Shown in pieces: positions 18,511-20,082 of a DNA stretch of 20,082 nucleotides; within the stretch, counting starts at the first letter, position 1, and every line of letters starts with the position of its first letter. The stretch is from the NCBI RefSeq assembly GCF_006345805.1, contig NW_021824109.1:1-20082 (forward strand). The letters are read 5' to 3'. The notes beneath the pieces are model-generated. The model was not told the origin of the DNA. It saw only the letters and a program-made list of their open reading frames with translations, and ran no database searches. Position numbers and translations under genes: made by a program. The stretch is from Octopus sinensis (taxonomy: Eukaryota).

Positions 18511-19424
18511 CTGCTGGAGTGCATACAATTGTATGTATGTTTTTATGTACTGAAAGTCTTTAGTAACACTACTATCACCACTTTAAAAGGCCACCACCAC
18601 CACCACCACAACCACCACCACTAGTAAAATAACAATGAAAAGAAAAAGAAACCGTTCGCCACCGCCGTCACCTTCCCGTACAAATACATTACACAATCTC
18701 CGGGAACAAAAACAAGGAAAGAAATAGAGAGGGAGAGGGGGGAGAAAGTGTGAGAGAGAGAGAGAGAGGGAGCGGGAGGAAGGACGTGATTAATAATGTG
18801 AGTTAGAGAGGGGGGTACAGCGAACAGTGTGTTGTGTGTGTGTGTATGACGCTGTGCAACAGATTGTGTGTGTTTGTGAAGTTCTATATAAGCCGTGCCT
18901 TGAGTAGATCAACTGTCAGTACAGACTGTGTTGTGAGGAGAGAGATGACAGTGGAGAGATTTATCGTTTAACTGACAAGCGTCATGTAGAAATGTGATGT
19001 AATCTTTAAGATCGCATACAACCGGCGTAGATATAAGCATATACGTACACAAACAAATACAAACACACACACACTCACACATATATTCATATATATATAC
19101 ACTTATACTTTCACACATACATACTACACACATATGTACATAGTCTAACAAACATATACATCTATGCATTGACACATATTTATATGAAAACGTATACCCA
19201 TTGGGATACATAAACACACATATATATATCTTTATGCCCCCCCACACACATATATATATACACACAAACACACACGCACAGTGATATATAAAGTGAGTTA
19301 AGAAATGGACCGCGGAGTTTCTATAACATGTAAACTACCAACTTTGAGGTGTACTACATCTTTTCAATCAGGTATTATTAATCTATTTATCTATTTAATT
19401 GTTACTGTTATTGTTTTTGTTGTT

Positions 19425-19645
19425 AGTGAGTTGGTAGAAATTGAAAGTGTCGAAAAATAAATACAAAGAAGTTTTGCGAAATTTATTGGATTCTTCGCGC
19501 CCTGAGTTCAAATTCGACAAACGTCGACTCTGTCTTTCGTTCTTTCGTCTTCGATAAAATAAGTACCGGTCGAGCATTGAGGTCGATGTAATCGACTAGC
19601 CATAGTCTGCCAAATTTCAGGACAGGACTTGTGCCTATCGTAGAT
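19425..19645 (+). mobile_element. Decayed SINE family A
   Basis: CTGAGTTCAAATTCGAC...GTCGACTCTGTCTTTCGTTCTTTCG...GATAAAATAAGTACC...GGTCGATGTAATCGACT. Confidence 0.7.
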
Positions 19646-19944
19646 AGGTTTATTATTATTGTTGTTATTGGTGACGGTGGAGTAATGTTGAAGTGGAGTC
19701 ATGTTGGTGGTGGTGCTGTTGGCAGTGACAGTAGTCGAGGTGGAGTACATGTGTTTCTTGCTGGTGATGGTAGCGGTCGAGGCGGAAGTTGTGACATATA
19801 ATTTTTTTTTCATCATTATTATTATAATATTTAAGAATTGAAGTTGATTTAAAGAAAAGAAAAAAAAACTGATACAATTATCAATATACACATACATACA
19901 CCACATACCATAATCTATATATATATATATAACTATATAATATA

Positions 19945-19977
<33 letters not shown>

Positions 19978-20082
19978 AATGCAAATAAACGTTATTTGAT
20001 TTTTCACCTTGAGTTGTACGGATTAATACCGCACTGATTTGGTGCTTCAGTTTAAGTACGTAATTTCAACTGAATCTCAAAT

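Noticed and set aside
1-20082. CRISPR arrays, operons or prokaryotic defence systems
   Set aside because: There are no regularly spaced repeat-spacer units or prokaryotic gene organisation; the window is eukaryotic repeat-rich DNA.

Overview
This is an AT-rich, microsatellite-saturated eukaryotic window with no recognisable intact host gene. The interspersed repeats look like Octopus/coleoid cephalopod tRNA-derived SINE families (recognised from memory, not by search). Almost all listed ORFs are microsatellite artefacts. The main signal is a dense set of type I hammerhead-ribozyme (HHR) motifs in (TA)n-embedded, Penelope-like (PLE) repeat modules. Near-canonical HHRs lie at 1125-1232 (+), 618-691 (-), 4558-4609 and 5117-5166 (+, tandem) and 11986-12033 (+). 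A head-to-head pair with a compensated U3:A8 core sits at the centre of a ~363-bp palindrome (12428-12790), and further variant or decayed motifs occur elsewhere. Three separate fold-back elements each carry an HHR, and a decayed PLE-type GIY-YIG endonuclease lies at ~9950-10035 (-). Also present: two inverted 3' ends of an RLE-endonuclease LINE with (ACAT)n-type tails, Tx1/L1-like 3' ends bounded by (GATA)n, a C2H2 zinc-finger fragment, about a dozen SINE copies of three families, and an unidentified decayed ORF near 15.7-17.5 kb. Folds and translations were done by eye, and no ribozyme activity has been shown.
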